Source: Candidatus Eiseniibacteriota bacterium
Lineage (GTDB): Bacteria > Eisenbacteria > RBG-16-71-46 > JABDJR01
Assembly: GCA_963783375.1 (NCBI GenBank)
Contig: CAWANH010000003.1
Span: 32,001-96,000 of the forward strand
Direction: 5' to 3'
DNA length: 64,000 nucleotides
The notes beneath the pieces were generated by a model, which did no database searches, was not told the origin of the DNA, and saw nothing but the letters and a program-made list of their open reading frames with translations. The translations under genes and the position numbers were made by a program. Positions 46,489 to 56,789 of the stretch are shown in pieces (position 1 is the first letter of the stretch; each line of letters begins with the position of its first letter).

Positions 46489-47767
46489 AACCGGCCCTCG
46501 TGGGGAGCTTCCCCGGCACCGCTTGGAGCGCTTCCCGGCCCGCGTGCCCCGTCATCTCGTGGATCGCCCGGTGGCAGGCGGCGCAGAGGGTCACCAGGTT
46601 CCCGGGTGCGTTCGTTCCCCCGGCCGAGCGGGGCTTTCGATGGTGCACGGAGAGGAAACGACCACTCTCGCACCCGGCGACGCGGCAGCGATGGCCGTCC
46701 CGTTCCAGGATTTCCCGGTGCAGGGCCGGCGGGATCGCCGCCCGGTTCCTCTCCCCTGCGCGATGGATCCGCGCGTCGCAGAGGATTGCCGCCAGCTCGG
46801 CGGGATGGAGCGGTCTGGGGCCGCGTCCGGTCATGACCTCTCCCTGGTTGCACTGGGGGCAGAGTCGGACGGTCACCTGGTACGCGGACCGCGCGGGTAC
46901 CCGGGTAAACCGAGCGGGAGGATCCTCCACACCAGCGATCGTGGCAGGCCGGTTCTCATCTGCGGGGCGAGCCCCTACCCATGGCGCGTTCTGGCCGGAC
47001 CGTGGGACGGCGCTCCCCTCCGCACCCGCACCGACCGAAGACGCCTTCGCGTCCGACTCCGGGACGGCGGAAGCCTTCACTCGCACCCCCGACGTGCGTC
47101 CTTTCCCGGCCAGCGCGGCGAGCCCGGCCACGACCAGATCCTCCACCGGAGCCTTCCATCCCAGCTTCCGGAGCTTCTCCACCAGCGCTCCGTACTCCGC
47201 GTACTGGAGGGCAGGAAAGCGGAAGCGGACCTCCTCGGGGATCTCCCGGGCCAGCGCAGCCGCCTTCCCGTCCCCGCCCTCCGCGCCCCCGGCCGGCTCC
47301 GCACTCTCAGCCGCCCCCAGCGCCAAGCGCCCCTGATCGCGCGCGGCGCCTCGGCTCTCCTTGGCCCGTCCCCGCGCCGCGGCGATCTTCTGCTCCAGGG
47401 CGCGGCGACTTGAACGTTTTGCCTCGCTCACCCAGGCGCGTTCGGTCTCCGGCGTGGCCACCTTCACCACCTCGCGCGCCTTGGTCCACGGCATCTCCCC
47501 CGCGGCCAGCGATTCGTGGAGCGCGGGAAGCTGTTTCAGCGATTCGGCGAGACGGATGAACTGCACACACTTGCTCTTGGAGAAACCGTGACGTTCGGCG
47601 GTGTAGGCGAAAATGGAGGTGTAGCCGAGCTCGAGGTAGAGCTTTCGCCGGTAGATGTCGGCAAACCAGAGGACGAGGTTCCGCCGGACGGTTGCGGCCT
47701 CGTGGAGCGTGCGCGCGAAACAATCGTGGACCTGCCGCGCGGGCAGGTTGGGCTCGTAAACAGGCAT
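46412..47767 (-). CDS. HNH endonuclease with DUF222-like N-terminal domain
   Basis: RBS GGAAGGA; LYLELGYTSIFAY...LAAGEMPWTKAREV; CPQC; ILERDGHRCRVAGC...VHHRKPRSAGGTNAPGNLVTLCAACHRAIH. Confidence 0.88.
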   Translation of the reverse strand: MPVYEPNLPARQVHDCFARTLHEAATVRRNLVLWFADIYRRKLYLELGYTSIFAYTAERHGFSKSKCVQFIRLAESLKQLPALHESLAAGEMPWTKAREVVKVATPETERAWVSEAKRSSRRALEQKIAAARGRAKESRGAARDQGRLALGAAESAEPAGGAEGGDGKAAALAREIPEEVRFRFPALQYAEYGALVEKLRKLGWKAPVEDLVVAGLAALAGKGRTSGVRVKASAVPESDAKASSVGAGAEGSAVPRSGQNAPWVGARPADENRPATIAGVEDPPARFTRVPARSAYQVTVRLCPQCNQGEVMTGRGPRPLHPAELAAILCDARIHRAGERNRAAIPPALHREILERDGHRCRVAGCESGRFLSVHHRKPRSAGGTNAPGNLVTLCAACHRAIHEMTGHAGREALQAVPGKLPTRAGSSTRVHRRPTDGSAVPPGHIPPDRT

Positions 47768-47816
47768 TGTGCGTCCTTCCCGGAATATGGGTTGGACGGG
47801 GAAAGTCGACACCAGA

Positions 47817-47845
47817 AGTATGCCTGGTGCTCTTAGATATGTCAA
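47817..47845 (-). promoter_or_regulatory. Sigma70 promoter of the HNH gene
   Basis: TTGACA-17 bp-CATACT with an AT-rich UP-like tract at 47846-47873. Confidence 0.7.
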
Positions 47846-47900
47846 CATTAAAAGATCGAAAATCAATTTTTTACCACGCCCCGGCCGCACGAAGCGGCAG

Positions 47901-48091
47901 GTCACGTCACGAGCGATGACGCCCAGGGTCGCCCCGCGTCGGCCGACCCACCACCCGAGTGCCCGGGTACTCCGCTAAGAACAATTCGTCATCGCGCCGC
48001 CGCCTCACAAAGCCGCACGTCACGTCACGAGCGACGACGCCCGGGGTCGCCCCGCGTCGGCCGACCCACCACCCGAGTACCCGGGTACACC
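47901..48091. repeat. Two 70-bp direct repeats ending in the inverted GTACCCGGGTAC motif, upstream of the HNH gene
   Basis: 47901-47970 and 48019-48088; 48069-48091 is the exact reverse complement of 46117-46139. Confidence 0.9.
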
Positions 48092-48239
48092 ACGGGCCGG
48101 CCGCATGCGCCGCCTCCGCGACCGCATCGCCGGCGCCGGCACCGGCGCCGAGAGCGCCTCGGGCGGCTGGCCGCTTCCGCTCCCACAAGGCCTCGTTTGC
48201 GGTTGCCCGCCGCCCCGGGCTTCTGCACACTCTCCCCCC

Positions 48240-49340
48240 ATGACCGCGCGCCAATCCCCCGCCGACGCCATCCCCGTCCCCCGGCCTCCCGGCGTCTCCG
48301 GGCTTCGCCGGGCGCTCGCCGCCTGGTACCGGCGGCACCGGCGCGACCTTCCCTGGCGGGGGATCGACGATCCCTACGCGATCCTGGTCTCGGAGTTCAT
48401 GCTCCAGCAGACCCAGGTGGCCACCGTCCTTCCCTATTACGACTCGTTCCTCCGGCGTTTCCCCACCCTCGCATCGCTGGCCGAGGCCTCGGACCCGGAG
48501 GTGCGCGCGGCGTGGTCCGGGCTCGGCTACTACCGCCGGGCGCGAAACCTCCAGGCGGCGGCGCGGGTCCTGGTGCGCGACCATCGCGGCGCTCTCCCCG
48601 CGGACTTCGACGCCCTCCGCGCGCTCCCCGGGGTGGGCGAGTACACCGCGGCCGCGCTGGGGAGCATCGTGCACGGAATGGCCAAGGGGGTGGTGGACGG
48701 AAACGTGGCGCGGGTCCTGACCCGGCTCACCGCCCACGACGGCCTCGTCTCGCGCACCGCACCCGTCGCGCGCTCCAGGACCTGGCCGACCGGCTGGTGG
48801 ATCCGAAGGCGCCGGGGGACTGGAACCAGGCGATGATGGAGCTGGGGGCGCGGGTCTGCGCGCCCCGGTCGCCGGACTGCGGGTCGTGCCCCTGGTCCCC
48901 CGGTTGCCGCGCCCGGATCGCCGGAGACCCCGAACGCTACCCGCGAAAGGAAGCCTCGCCGAAACCGGTGGCGGTGGAGCGGGCGGTGGGCGTGCTCCGG
49001 AAGGGCGAACGCGTGCTCCTCGTCCGCCGGCGAGGACCCCAAGCTCCTGGACGGGACCTGGGAGTTTCCGGGGATCGACCTGGACCCGGCCGCCGATCCC
49101 CGCGCCGCCCTCGCCGCTCACCTGGACGGGAGCTTCGGCCGAAAGCTCAGGGTGGGCGCGGAGCTGGCCCAGGTGCGGCACTCGATCACTCACCGGCGCA
49201 TCATCGTCCGGGCCTTCGCGCTTCGCGTCGATCCCCTCCCGCGCTCCCGGAAAGACGAGCGGGCGTGGGTCGGAGCGGGGAGATCGCCGGCTACCCGGCC
49301 TCGTCCATGACGCTCAAGCTCATGAAGACAGCTCGGCCGG
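48240..49340 (+). pseudogene. mutY: A/G-specific adenine glycosylase with at least three frameshifts (pseudogene or assembly errors); end approximate
   Basis: [46 protein letters not shown]; shift near 48765 to [11 protein letters not shown]...P.C..CP....C; shift near 49031 to [10 protein letters not shown]...VRHSITH; shift near 49278. Confidence 0.85.
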
Positions 49341-49486
49341 ATCCTCCCCCCGAAGTGAGCCGCGGCTCGGGACGCCCGCCCGCGCCGTCGACGCGCGATC
49401 GCCGGCCCGCGGTATCGGCGTGCCCCGTCAACTCGCCGGCCGACCCCGCGGCGCGCCCCCGATCACGGCACCGGTCAGAGCCCCAC

Positions 49487-50011
49487 TCACGGCTCCGGGG
49501 ATGCCAAAGCCTTGAGTTCGTCGGGGGTGAAGGGCTTGTTCCGCCCGGCGGTGGCCGCCCGGACCGCCGCCACCTCGGCCGCGGTCACCGCGGGCGCGAC
49601 GTTCCCCCACGATCCCCGGACGTAGGTCAGGATCCCCGCCGCCTTGGCGTCGTCCAGCCGGAACCCCAGGGGCGGCATCTGGTTCATGTAGCGCTCGCCC
49701 TCCACCGTGATCTCGCCGCGGAGACCGTGGAGCACGACCCGGATGGGAATGCCGGGATCCCCGTTCAGCCACTTCGAGCCCCGAAGCGGCGGGAAGAGGT
49801 TCTTCTTCCCGCGGCCGTCCCGCCCGTGACAGGCGACGCAGTAGAACGTGTAATCGCTCCGGGCGCCCAGAAGGGACGGGTCCCGGCTGGCGGCGTCGTC
49901 TATGGTTCCGCCCCGCTCCTTTCCGTTTCCGCACGCGGAGAGCCCGGCCGGGCCCAGCAGGGCGGCGAAGAGAAGGATCTCGCGGAATGCGCGGAGAGCG
50001 GTTCGAATCAT
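49487..50011 (-). CDS. Monoheme cytochrome c lipoprotein
   Basis: LSAC lipobox; CVACHG; FPPL.GS.W; VLHGL.G; MPP; TYVR.SWGN. Confidence 0.88.
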   Translation of the reverse strand: MIRTALRAFREILLFAALLGPAGLSACGNGKERGGTIDDAASRDPSLLGARSDYTFYCVACHGRDGRGKKNLFPPLRGSKWLNGDPGIPIRVVLHGLRGEITVEGERYMNQMPPLGFRLDDAKAAGILTYVRGSWGNVAPAVTAAEVAAVRAATAGRNKPFTPDELKALASPEP

Positions 50012-50313
50012 GATCCCCGGGTTCCCTCCCGGCCTCGGTCGCGCGGCCACCGGGGCCGCACCGATTATGGTGCGACCAAGACTAGCAGCGGAGCGTATCC
50101 CCCACCACCGGGCGGGCGGGCCCGCCCGACTATCGCCGCCGGTATCAGCGCCACCCGACCCAAGCCACCGACACCAAGCCCCTCCGGACCCCGACCATCG
50201 TCCGTGACCTCCGGGACCTGTCCGCGTCCCTTCTCCGGGAACCCGGCCCGGAGTATCCTGGTCCCGGGCCCGCGAGGACCCATCAACCGGAAGAAAATTG
50301 GAGGTGGCGGATC

Positions 50314-50715
50314 ATGATGGACGTGGACTTCGGCATTACCCGCACATTCAAGGGGGTATCCTTCGAGGCGGCCCGGGAGCGGATCGTGGCCGCGCTCGCC
50401 GAGGAGGGCTTCGGCATCCTGACCGAGATCGATGTCAAGGCGACGCTCAAGAAGAAGCTGGACCAGGAGTTCCGGAAGTACGTGATTCTCGGGGCCTGCA
50501 ATCCCCCCATCGCCCACCAGGCGCTCACCGCGGAAATGGGGGTGGGGCTCCTCCTCCCCTGCAACGTGGTGGTAACCGAGGACGATCAAGGGAACGCGGT
50601 GGTCTCGATGCTGGATCCGGGGATGCTGGTGAAGATGCTCCCCGATCCGTCCAAGCTCCAGGCGCCCATGACCGAGGCCCGCGAGCGCCTGGTGCGGGCG
50701 CTGGAGAAGGCGTAG
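50314..50715 (+). CDS. DUF302 family protein
   Basis: [11 protein letters not shown]...YVILGACNP...[10 protein letters not shown]. Confidence 0.9.
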   Translation: MMDVDFGITRTFKGVSFEAARERIVAALAEEGFGILTEIDVKATLKKKLDQEFRKYVILGACNPPIAHQALTAEMGVGLLLPCNVVVTEDDQGNAVVSMLDPGMLVKMLPDPSKLQAPMTEARERLVRALEKA

Positions 50716-50815
50716 ACGCCGGTCAGGGATCCGCATCCTCCGGCGAGTCGGAACCGGATGAGCCCGGCGGGCCGCTCAGACGCGCAGCAGGTCAGCCGCT
50801 CTGACGGCCGGCCGG

Positions 50816-52051
50816 TCAGACGGTCTGGCGGGCGCCGCCGAAGATGGATTGCGCCTTTTCGATCGCCCGAACCAGGGCGTCCACTTCATCCCGGGTGTTG
50901 TAGAGGTAGAACGAGGCCCGGGCGGTAGCCCCGACCCCCAGCCGGCGCATGAGGGGCTGAGCGCAGTGATGGCCGGCCCGGATGGCCACTCCCTCGGTGT
51001 CCACGATGGTGGCCAGGTCGTGGGGGTGGATCCCCTGCAGGCTGAAGGAGACCTCGCCGCCCCGGTTCGTTCGGGGGCCGTACACGGTGAGGCCTTCCAC
51101 CTTGCCCAGGGCCTCGATGGCGTAGGCGGCCAGCGCCGTTTCGTGGGCGTGCACGTTGTCCATCCCCACCGCCTGGAGATAGTCCACCGCGGCCCCCATA
51201 CCCACCGCCTGGGCGATCGGAGGGGTCCCCGCCTCGAACTTGTAGGGGACGTCCTTGAAGGTGGACCGCTCGAGCTGGACCTCCAGGATCATCTCCCCCC
51301 CGCCGTGGAAGGGCTCCATCGCCTCGAGCGCGTCCATGCGCCCGTAGAGGACGCCGATCCCGGTGGGGCCGAGCATCTTGTGCCCGCTGAACACCATGAA
51401 GTCGGGATCGAACTCCTTCACGTCCACCGGCATGTGGGGAACGGACTGGGCGGCGTCCACCAGCACCTTGGCTCCCACCGCCCGGGCGGCGGCCGCGATC
51501 CGGGCCGCCGGGTTGATCGTGCCGAGGACGTTGGAGACGTGGGTGAAGGCCACCAGGCGGGTGCGCGCGGTCACCAGCTCGTCCAGCCGGTCCACGCCCA
51601 GGGTGAAGTCGTCGCACATGGGAATGAACCGGAGCCGGGCGCCGGTGTCGGCGGCGACCATCTGCCAGGGAACGAGGTTGGAGTGGTGCTCCATGGGGGT
51701 GAGGAGGATCTCGTCCCCCGCCCTCAGGTTGCGCCGGGCCCAGGCGTAGGCCACCAGGTTCACCGCCTCGGTGGCTCCGCGGGTCCAGACGATGTTCTCC
51801 GGGGCCGGGGCCCCGATCATCCGCGCCACCTTGGCCCGGGCCTCTTCGAATGCCGCGGTGGCCCGTTCGGCCAGGGTGTGAATCCCCCGGTGCACGTTGG
51901 AGTTGTCCTCCTCGTAGAACTTCCGGAGGACATCGAGCACCCGGCGGGGCTTCTGGGAGGTGGCGGCGCTGTCCAGATACACCAGGGGCTTCCCGTGGAC
52001 TTTCTGGGCCAGGACGGGGAAGTCGGCTCTGATCTTCGCTACGTCGAACAT
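50816..52051 (-). CDS. sufS: Cysteine desulfurase, SufS type
   Basis: YLDSAATSQKP, NVHRG, MEHHSN, FSGHKMLGPTGIG, FEAGTP, RAGHHCAQP. Confidence 0.95.
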   Translation of the reverse strand: MFDVAKIRADFPVLAQKVHGKPLVYLDSAATSQKPRRVLDVLRKFYEEDNSNVHRGIHTLAERATAAFEEARAKVARMIGAPAPENIVWTRGATEAVNLVAYAWARRNLRAGDEILLTPMEHHSNLVPWQMVAADTGARLRFIPMCDDFTLGVDRLDELVTARTRLVAFTHVSNVLGTINPAARIAAAARAVGAKVLVDAAQSVPHMPVDVKEFDPDFMVFSGHKMLGPTGIGVLYGRMDALEAMEPFHGGGEMILEVQLERSTFKDVPYKFEAGTPPIAQAVGMGAAVDYLQAVGMDNVHAHETALAAYAIEALGKVEGLTVYGPRTNRGGEVSFSLQGIHPHDLATIVDTEGVAIRAGHHCAQPLMRRLGVGATARASFYLYNTRDEVDALVRAIEKAQSIFGGARQTV

Positions 52052-52242
52052 CGTCTCGGTCTGTTCCTTCCGCATGGGCGATTGAGGGTACGCTCCGGAC
52101 CGGGCCGGCGCACCCCCTAAGCTTACCCCGATTCCGAAACATGACAACACAGATCATTTTTTCGACCCTCACCGCGCGCCCATCCGGACCGCGGCCATTT
52201 TGCGGTGGGCATAAAGCCCGATGCGCCTTACGCTTCCTGGTC

Positions 52243-53676
52243 ATGACGCACATCCGGATGCGCGGTCGTCCCCGCGATGAACTGGGGTTCACCCCCCGCG
52301 AGAAGCAGGTGGTCTTCGGGATCACCGCCCTCCTCACCCTCCGGATGCTGGGGTTCTACCTGGTGCTCCCCATCCTCACCCCGTACGTGAGGGATCTCGC
52401 CGGGAGCACTCCGCTCCTGGTAGGGCTCTCGGTCGGGGTCTACGGGCTCACCCAGACCGTGTTCCAGGTTCCCTTCGGAACCTGGAGCGATCGGTGGGGG
52501 CGAAAGCCGGTGCTCACCCTGGGTCTCCTTCTCTTCGCCGTGGGCTCGGTCATCTGCGCGGTGGCCCACTCGGCGTTGGTGATGGTGGCGGGGCGGCTGG
52601 TCCAGGGCACGGGGGCCATCGCGTCGGTCCTGGTGGCCATGCTCGCCGACCTCACCCGGGACAAGGTTCGCACCCGGGCCATGGCCATGGTGGGGATCTC
52701 TATCGGCGGCTCGTTCTCGGTGGGCCTCCTTCTGGGGCCCTCCGCGTCGGACTACTTCGGAGTCCCCGAGCTCTTCTGGTTCACCGCCGCGCTCACCCTG
52801 CTGGCCATCGGGTGGCTCTGGTGGAAGATCCCCAGCCCCCCGCGCATCAGCCACTATGACGAGCTGGAGTACTCGAAGGATCATCTGGTCGAGGTGCTCA
52901 GGAACCGCCAGCTCCTTCGCCTCGACGCCGGCACCTTCAACCTTCACATGTCCCTCACCGCCATCTTCGTCACCGTCCCCTTCATGCTCCGTGAGGTGAT
53001 CGCTCCCGCCCACCAGTGGCGGCTCTTCCTCCCGCTCCTGGCCGTGGGGTTCGCGGTGATGTTCATGGGCCCCCGGCTCGGCCGCCGCCCCGGACGGGGC
53101 AAGAAGGTCGCCCTGGCCGGGATGGGAATTCTTGCGGTGTCCCTGGCCGTCCTGGCCCTCACCGTGCCCACCTCGGTTCGCGAGCCGCGGGTGGCGGCCA
53201 CCGCGTTGATCGTCGGGCTCTTCCTCTTCATCATGGCCTTCGCCCTTCTCGAACCCCTCTTCCCCGCCCTTCTCACCCGTCGCTGCCAGCAGGCGAACCG
53301 CGGCACCGCGGCGGGGATCTTCAACATGAGCCAGTTCAGCGGGGCTTTCGTGGGCGGCCTCGTCTCGGGATTCTTCCTGGAGAGGAACGTCGAGGCGTTG
53401 TTCTGGATCCTGACCGCGACCTCGGTGATCTGGGTGCTGCTGGCCACGAGGCTCGAGGATCCGGAGCACCTGAGCGTCCTCCGGCTCGTCGCCGACGGGG
53501 CGACCCCCGAGATCCGTCGTGAGCTGGTGCGACGGCTGCTCCGGATCCGCGGGGTCGAGGACGTGGCCTGGGAGTCGATCCGGGGCCGGTTGCTGGTGCG
53601 TTACGCCCCCGGCCGGGTGGAGATCGAGCAGCTGCGGCGCGAGGTGGAAACGCTTCTCCCCGCCCCCCCGGCCTGA
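52243..53676 (+). CDS. YajR-family MFS transporter with C-terminal ferredoxin-like (YAM) domain; start uncertain
   Basis: LRMLG...GVYGLTQ..FQVPFG..SDRWGRKPV; GRLVQG.GAI; C-terminal IRGVEDV...LLVRY. Confidence 0.85.
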   Translation: MTHIRMRGRPRDELGFTPREKQVVFGITALLTLRMLGFYLVLPILTPYVRDLAGSTPLLVGLSVGVYGLTQTVFQVPFGTWSDRWGRKPVLTLGLLLFAVGSVICAVAHSALVMVAGRLVQGTGAIASVLVAMLADLTRDKVRTRAMAMVGISIGGSFSVGLLLGPSASDYFGVPELFWFTAALTLLAIGWLWWKIPSPPRISHYDELEYSKDHLVEVLRNRQLLRLDAGTFNLHMSLTAIFVTVPFMLREVIAPAHQWRLFLPLLAVGFAVMFMGPRLGRRPGRGKKVALAGMGILAVSLAVLALTVPTSVREPRVAATALIVGLFLFIMAFALLEPLFPALLTRRCQQANRGTAAGIFNMSQFSGAFVGGLVSGFFLERNVEALFWILTATSVIWVLLATRLEDPEHLSVLRLVADGATPEIRRELVRRLLRIRGVEDVAWESIRGRLLVRYAPGRVEIEQLRREVETLLPAPPA

Positions 53677-53725
53677 CTCACGCCGGCCGAACCGGGCCGG
53701 CGGCCGGGCCGAAAACCGGTGGCCG

Positions 53726-54661
53726 CTACCGGCCCGCCGGCGGGGCGGCGATGCGACGCTCCAGCCGCACGGTCAGCCGGTGGCCCGCCGTTCCCACGAT
53801 CACCGCCAGCATGGCTCCGGCCACCACGTCCGTCGCGTAGTGGTATCCCCCGTAGATCGCCCCCACCGCCAGGGCGGGAACCAGGAAGAGGTACACCCGG
53901 GCCAGGGTCCGGTGGTATCGCATGGCCATGATCCAGGTGGTCACCGATACCGCCACGTGGCTGGAGGGAAAGGCCGCCCCCACCGAGGAGCCGTGGTTCA
54001 GGATCCAGTGGACGAGCCGCGGAATCACGTAGCCGACGGTATGCGGAGCGGGAGGAGGGAACGAGTAGTACGGTCCGGCCACCGGGAAGACGATGAAGAA
54101 GACGAAGCAGATATAGAAGACGAGCGCCACCGAGGCGATCGCGATCTCGAAGGCGGCCCGCGGGCGGCGAAATCTGAGCAGCACGGCCAGGACCGGGACC
54201 AGGAAGTAATAGGAGAAATAGCCGAGGTGCAGGTACTCCCCCAGCGGCCGCCAGGGCAGGAGCACGTGGAGGGTGCGGCTGGGCTGGGTGTGGAAGAGGA
54301 ACCCCTCCACCCGCTGGATGTCGGCGTCGAAGAAGACCCCGGGATGGAGCACCCGGTTCAAGGTCGCGACCTCGGAATAGAAGATCCCGAAGAGCACGAT
54401 GGGGTAGAAATCCAGAGCCAGCGAGCCGGGGAGGGTCCGCCCCAGGCCGCCTTTTCTTGCCGCCACCAGGGCGGCCATCGCCGCCAGGTGGAGGAGAGCG
54501 ATCGTGCCCCCGCGGGGAACCCGGCCGGGGAACGCCACCAGGAGCAGGAAGCCCAGGGCCAGGTAGACCAGGGAGTAGAGGTCCACGGGACGAAAGCGCG
54601 TCGCCCCCGCCCGCTCCCCGTCCCGGATCCTCCCCGTGCCGACCGCCGCGCCTTCGCTCAC
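53726..54661 (-). CDS. PAP2-superfamily membrane enzyme (AUR1/IPC-synthase-like)
   Basis: Multiple TM segments; Y.SYY, FPVAGP, AFPSSHV, YGGYHYATDV; GTG overlaps the upstream TGA. Confidence 0.82.
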   Translation of the reverse strand: MSEGAAVGTGRIRDGERAGATRFRPVDLYSLVYLALGFLLLVAFPGRVPRGGTIALLHLAAMAALVAARKGGLGRTLPGSLALDFYPIVLFGIFYSEVATLNRVLHPGVFFDADIQRVEGFLFHTQPSRTLHVLLPWRPLGEYLHLGYFSYYFLVPVLAVLLRFRRPRAAFEIAIASVALVFYICFVFFIVFPVAGPYYSFPPPAPHTVGYVIPRLVHWILNHGSSVGAAFPSSHVAVSVTTWIMAMRYHRTLARVYLFLVPALAVGAIYGGYHYATDVVAGAMLAVIVGTAGHRLTVRLERRIAAPPAGR

Positions 54662-55641
54662 GCCCATCCTTCCCACCGGTACCAGCTCATGGTGCCTGCG
54701 GCGCCGTGCGCGGTGTCGATATCCGCGCGGAAACCCAACTCCGCCCGCGCCCGCGAACCGTCGCAGACCCAACCCGGGGAAAGGAGCGCGCCCAGGCGAT
54801 CCGGAGCCAGGGGATTGGGCCTTCCCGCGACCGCGGACACCATCCCCGTCACCCGCCCGATCACCGGGACCATCCGGCCGGGAACGCTCAGCACCCGGCA
54901 CCGCCGGCCCAGGGCTCCGGCCATCAGGCTCCCCATCTCTTCCCAGCTCGTGGGTTCGGGGTGGGCCATGTAGTAGGTTCGCCCGGGAGCCGATTCCGAT
55001 TCCGCCGCGGCCAGAACCCCCCGCGCCAGGTCCCGGACGTGGATCACCGAGATGGGCCGGCGCCTGCCCCCGATCCGCGGCGCCCATCCCCGGGCGCTCA
55101 TCCGGGCGAGGAGGAGGAATCCCCGGTCCCGCGGCCCGTACACCGCGGGGGCGCGCACCACCGTCCACTCCACGCCGCCCGCCGCCTGGACCAGTTCCCG
55201 TTCCGCGGCAAGCTTGCTCCGGCCGTAGGCGTCGAGGGGGGACTCGGGGTCGTCCTCGTGGCGGGAGCGTTCGGGGGAACTCGGCCCCGCGGCGGCCATG
55301 CTGCTCAGAAGCACCAACCGCCGAGGCCTCGCCGCGGCGGACGCGGCGGCCCGGGCCACGTTGGCCGTCCCCCCCGCGTTGACCGCGTGGTACTCCGACT
55401 CGGACCGCGCCCGCACCGTGCCGGCCACGTGGAAGACCACATCGACCCCTTCCACCGCCGGACCGAGCGAGCCGGGATCGGTCACCTCACCGTATTCGAG
55501 TTGCAGGCGATCGCTGGAGACCCAGCGGAGGTCGCTGGTCCGCCGCACCAGCCCCCGCACCGACCAGCCCCGCTGCAGGAGAAGCTCGGCCAGATGGCTC
55601 CCCACGAACCCGTTCACCCCCGTCACCAGAGCCGTGGCCAA
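54658..55641 (-). CDS. NAD-dependent epimerase/reductase, candidate ceramide reductase
   Basis: VTGVNGFVGS, FHVAG, SSMAA.G, YGRSK, VYGPRD; context after spt and GNAT. Confidence 0.85.
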   Translation of the reverse strand: MATALVTGVNGFVGSHLAELLLQRGWSVRGLVRRTSDLRWVSSDRLQLEYGEVTDPGSLGPAVEGVDVVFHVAGTVRARSESEYHAVNAGGTANVARAAASAAARPRRLVLLSSMAAAGPSSPERSRHEDDPESPLDAYGRSKLAAERELVQAAGGVEWTVVRAPAVYGPRDRGFLLLARMSARGWAPRIGGRRRPISVIHVRDLARGVLAAAESESAPGRTYYMAHPEPTSWEEMGSLMAGALGRRCRVLSVPGRMVPVIGRVTGMVSAVAGRPNPLAPDRLGALLSPGWVCDGSRARAELGFRADIDTAHGAAGTMSWYRWEGWA

Positions 55642-55650
55642 GGCGGGTCC

Positions 55651-56766
55651 CTACACCGAGCCCTGGTAGACCCGGTACGTCTTGTAGACCTCCGCCCCGA
55701 AGGCTTCGAGCGGCCGGCGAATGGCCATGTTGTCCTCGAGGATCCAGGAGAACTCGCCCGCGTAGTACCCCTTCTCCATGCCGTAACGGAAGAGATCCCG
55801 GTACATGATCACGTCGATCCCGAGCTTCCGGTACTCCTTCACCACCCCCAGCACCAGGACCCGCGCCCGATTGATCTTCCGGGCGTACCAGAGGATCTTG
55901 AGAAGCCCCAGGGGGAAGAGCCGGCCGTCGGCATGGCGCAGGGCCTGGTTCAGATCCGGGAGGGCCAGGGCGAAACCCACCGGTTTCCCGTCGATCTCGG
56001 CGATCCGGATGAGGCCGGGATCCAGGACCTGCTTGAGCTGCTTCGCCATGTGGTCGATCTCGTGATCGGTCATGGGGACGAATCCCCAGTTCCGCTCCCA
56101 GGCCGAGTTGTAGACGGCCCGGAACTTCTCCACTTCCGCGGCGAAGCGTTTCTTCTCGAACGGCCGGACAACGACCTTCGGGTTCCGCTTCTCGACCAGG
56201 GCCGCTCCCCGCTCCAGGCGCTCGGGCACCTCGCGGCCCTCGATGTAGTAGGCAACGAGGTCCTTGGCCTTCTCCAGCCCCGCCCCCTTCAGGAGGCCGT
56301 CGTAGTAGGGACGGCCGTGGGGCATCATCACGAAGGGCGGCTTGTCGAATCCGTCGACCAGAAGCCCGCAATCGTCGTTGGTGCTGGGGTTCATGGGGCC
56401 GATGAAGCGCGGGAGGCCCCTCTCGCGGAGGAAGCTCTTCACCGGCTCGAGGAGGGCGGCGGTGACCTCCGGATCGTTCATCACCTCGTAGAAACCGAAG
56501 AAACCCATCGCCTCGTCGTGGAATTCCTCGTGACCCCGGTTCCGGATGGCCGCGATCCGGCCCACGATCTCGCCGTCCCGGCGGGCCAGGAACGGCTGCA
56601 CCTCCCCGTGCTCGAAGAAGGGGTTCTTGTCCGGATTGAACAGGTTCTTGGTGTCGCCGATCAGGGGGGGGACCCAGTGGGGGTCGTCGCGATAGACCCG
56701 CCAGGGAAAGGTCACGAACGCGTGAAGATCCTTTCCGGACCGGACCGGCTCGACGGTAAGGGGCAT
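55651..56766 (-). CDS. Tandem-GNAT protein, candidate bacterial ceramide synthase (bCerS)
   Basis: Y.DDPHWVPPL, NPFFEH, GRIAA, GFFGFYE, GPMNPSTN, GLLVDGF, AWERNWGFVP, PDLN, SWILEDN. Confidence 0.8.
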   Translation of the reverse strand: MPLTVEPVRSGKDLHAFVTFPWRVYRDDPHWVPPLIGDTKNLFNPDKNPFFEHGEVQPFLARRDGEIVGRIAAIRNRGHEEFHDEAMGFFGFYEVMNDPEVTAALLEPVKSFLRERGLPRFIGPMNPSTNDDCGLLVDGFDKPPFVMMPHGRPYYDGLLKGAGLEKAKDLVAYYIEGREVPERLERGAALVEKRNPKVVVRPFEKKRFAAEVEKFRAVYNSAWERNWGFVPMTDHEIDHMAKQLKQVLDPGLIRIAEIDGKPVGFALALPDLNQALRHADGRLFPLGLLKILWYARKINRARVLVLGVVKEYRKLGIDVIMYRDLFRYGMEKGYYAGEFSWILEDNMAIRRPLEAFGAEVYKTYRVYQGSV

Positions 56767-56789
56767 GGAACGGACTCCCCGAGGCGGAC

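Noticed and set aside
46412-47767. IscB/Cas9-like RNA-guided nuclease
   Set aside because: No PLMP or RuvC motifs; only a C-terminal HNH with a DUF222-like N-terminus.
48765-49278. Programmed frameshifting in mutY
   Set aside because: Three shifts in different directions with no slippery heptamers.
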